Shown here: positions 62,463 to 64,000 of the stretch, piece after piece
How the letters are laid out: each line of letters starts with the position of its first letter
Position numbering within the stretch: position 1 is the first letter of the stretch
NCBI RefSeq assembly: GCF_964204865.1
Contig: NC_135252.1
Coordinates: 15,934,001-15,998,000 of the forward strand
Origin: Styela clava
Taxonomy: Eukaryota
Length of the DNA: 64,000 bases
Direction: 5' to 3'
Notes under the pieces: generated by a model
What the model saw: the letters and a program-made list of their open reading frames with translations, nothing else
The model's database searches: none
Told to the model about the DNA's origin: nothing
Translations under genes and position numbers: made by a program

Positions 62463-63524
62463 AAGTCTAGCAGCATATATATCTACGAGTGAGCGACGCA
62501 TGTCCTTATCTTTGCATTAACTTTCCTTTCTTCATAGTAACGTTTTAAACCTTATTTTAGGTTTTGTCTGCTTTCCCGAAGTTTCTGTTAATATGTCATT
62601 GTATTTATCTGGGTAAATATTGCCTTTCCTTTTGAAAGAGGTTTCAAAATAAACTATGTCTATATTTATTAATCCCTTGGCTTGGACCGGTTTTAAAGAC
62701 ACTTTCTTATCGTTAAAAATTGTTGCTTTTGCCGATTGGTTGTTACCGATGGATTGGTTTTTATACTCATAAAATGATGGGAGAACTTACAGCGCTCATC
62801 CTGTCCCCGTAGATGGGGGTGACTTGGTCCCGCAGTAGCTTGCCCCGGTTGTCAAAATGACCACGCGCCGCCACTGACTGGGTTACCATATTTTTGTGAC
62901 TTCAAATCGGGACGCCTCAAAAGACAACGACCCCTTAGCTGTGATTTTGTAACTTCACATTTTCCAATTTTACTACATAGGCCCACATTCCTACATTTTA
63001 AGCTGTCCCCGCTGTCTTTATTGACTATATTGTTATCAAAATTTCATGCGCATATTCTCTGTCCAAATATCGGGTTCAGTTCGAAAAATAGGAAGGAATT
63101 GACGTTAACGATACCGGTACAAATAATTCGAATTCAGACTAATTAGTATTGGTTTTACATGCGATACGTCTGCCATCAATGGGAATCAGCGGGAAACTAA
63201 CGCATTCGCCTTCAGTAAGTAGGCTAGCGCTGCGCTACACAGAAACAACGAGAACATGTTTGTGTATTATGCTGGAAAAGCGGGACTTTTGGCTGACTTA
63301 TCGGGACGGCGGGACAAAACGCTGAAATGCGGGACTGTCCCGCCTAAAGCGGGACGTATGGTAAGCCTACTGATAGTTAACTTTCGCAAAAACGTTTGCG
63401 GCCCGCAGCGAATTTCTGGCTCGTTGCGGACTCATTCAAACCCCTCGCGGACTCATTTGAGACCGCGGACTCGGGTTGGGAAACACTGCGTTACTCGACA
63501 AGGCATTATTAGCCATCATCAACA

Positions 63525-64000
63525 TCCCTCTTTGTTTAAGATAAATTTCATAAATTATTTTCAAATTCAGAATAGGAAATATTCTCCTTAACCTATATTA
63601 CACAATTCATGACCACTACAATTAAGACACATAAATGAGCAATAATATTTAACACTCAAATTCAAGATATATTATCGGTACCGAGTCTTTCATCCAAATA
63701 GGTCATAGGAGGTTTACGATTTCGACGAGGTCATTCGAAATCAGAGGTCGAGAATTGTCATTGGCAACCGAAAGGTTGTTCGGCTTATAGTCAGACAAGA
63801 ATGGAATACTTGGTTCATATTTTTCGATACTACAACTTTCAGCAGGACGGATATGAACACGATTTCGTCTGTATGAACACCATCCTTCGATTTGACAATG
63901 TAAGATCGTGTAGCAATTTGTTTCACAATAGTTCCTTTATTCCATCCCTTCCGTTCTGGATGTTGAAAATATACAGCTTCGCCCAAATCAAGTCCTCGCA
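63525..64000 (-). pseudogene. Gypsy/Ty3 pol 3' end (integrase C-terminal region) and PPT; element continues beyond window
   Basis: GEAVYFQ..KGWNKGTIVKQIATRSYIVKSKDG, then after a frameshift YRRNRVHIRP, typical of animal Gypsy integrase tails; followed by PPT and LTR. Confidence 0.75.

Larger units (their letters stand above)
58594..62876 (+). mobile_element. Full-length hAT DNA transposon (Tip100/ZMYM1-like)
   Basis: Perfect 14-bp TIR CAGTGGCGGCGCGT / ACGCGCCGCCACTG, subterminal TGCCCCGGTT repeats, internal transposase. Confidence 0.9.
58583..63369. mobile_element. hAT-type MITE (second layer), left TIR split by the autonomous-type hAT
   Basis: TAGGGTTA...[insertion]...GGGTTACCATA at left, TATGGTAAGCCTA at right, CGGGAC subterminal repeats, perfect TSD CTGATAGT (58575-58582, 63370-63377). 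Confidence 0.8.
57489..63488. mobile_element. hAT-type MITE (outer layer) inserted in the LTR
   Basis: TIR CAGCGTTTCCCAACC / GGTTGGGAAACACTG, GCGGAC subterminal repeats at both ends, partial TSD CGTTAGCA / CGTTACTC. Confidence 0.75.
57315..63524 (-). mobile_element. 3' LTR (about 200 bp once insertions are removed) of a Gypsy retrotransposon, split by a 6-kb nested insertion
   Basis: Minus strand: PPT AAAGAGGGA (63533-63525), then TGTTGATGATG (from 63524), ending ...CATTATTAACA at 57315 (imperfect inverted termini TG...CA). AATAAA on minus at 57403-57398. Confidence 0.7.

Overview
Eukaryotic, AT-rich, compact, intron-containing animal DNA. Chordate-like proteins, short introns and operon-like gene pairs suggest a tunicate (ascidian), but that is inference. 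Eight host genes can be assembled by hand from spliced exons: SRFBP1 (-, runs off the left edge), FAM219A-like (-), an LRR-Ig-TM receptor (+), NARS1 (-), intronless EIF2B4 (+) followed by METTL15 (+), and intronless RBBP9 (-) followed by ethanolamine kinase ETNK (-). Introns and intergenic DNA carry a tRNA-derived SINE family, a decayed LINE, many hAT MITEs with readable TIRs/TSDs, and Tc2/pogo-like ends. The right end is a five-level nested transposon stack (Gypsy LTR > MITE > MITE > hAT transposase element > MITE). The most notable signals are: (i) stacked TA-(CGG/CCG/CCGG/CAG)-TA scars that look like serial Tc1/mariner excision footprints, absent from sibling SINE copies and clustered at a promoter; (ii) two candidate trans-spliced operons whose first cistron is intronless; (iii) ATF4-type CARE elements in the NARS1/EIF2B4 bidirectional promoter. 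No prokaryotic systems or CRISPR arrays were seen. All coordinates and counts are by eye.
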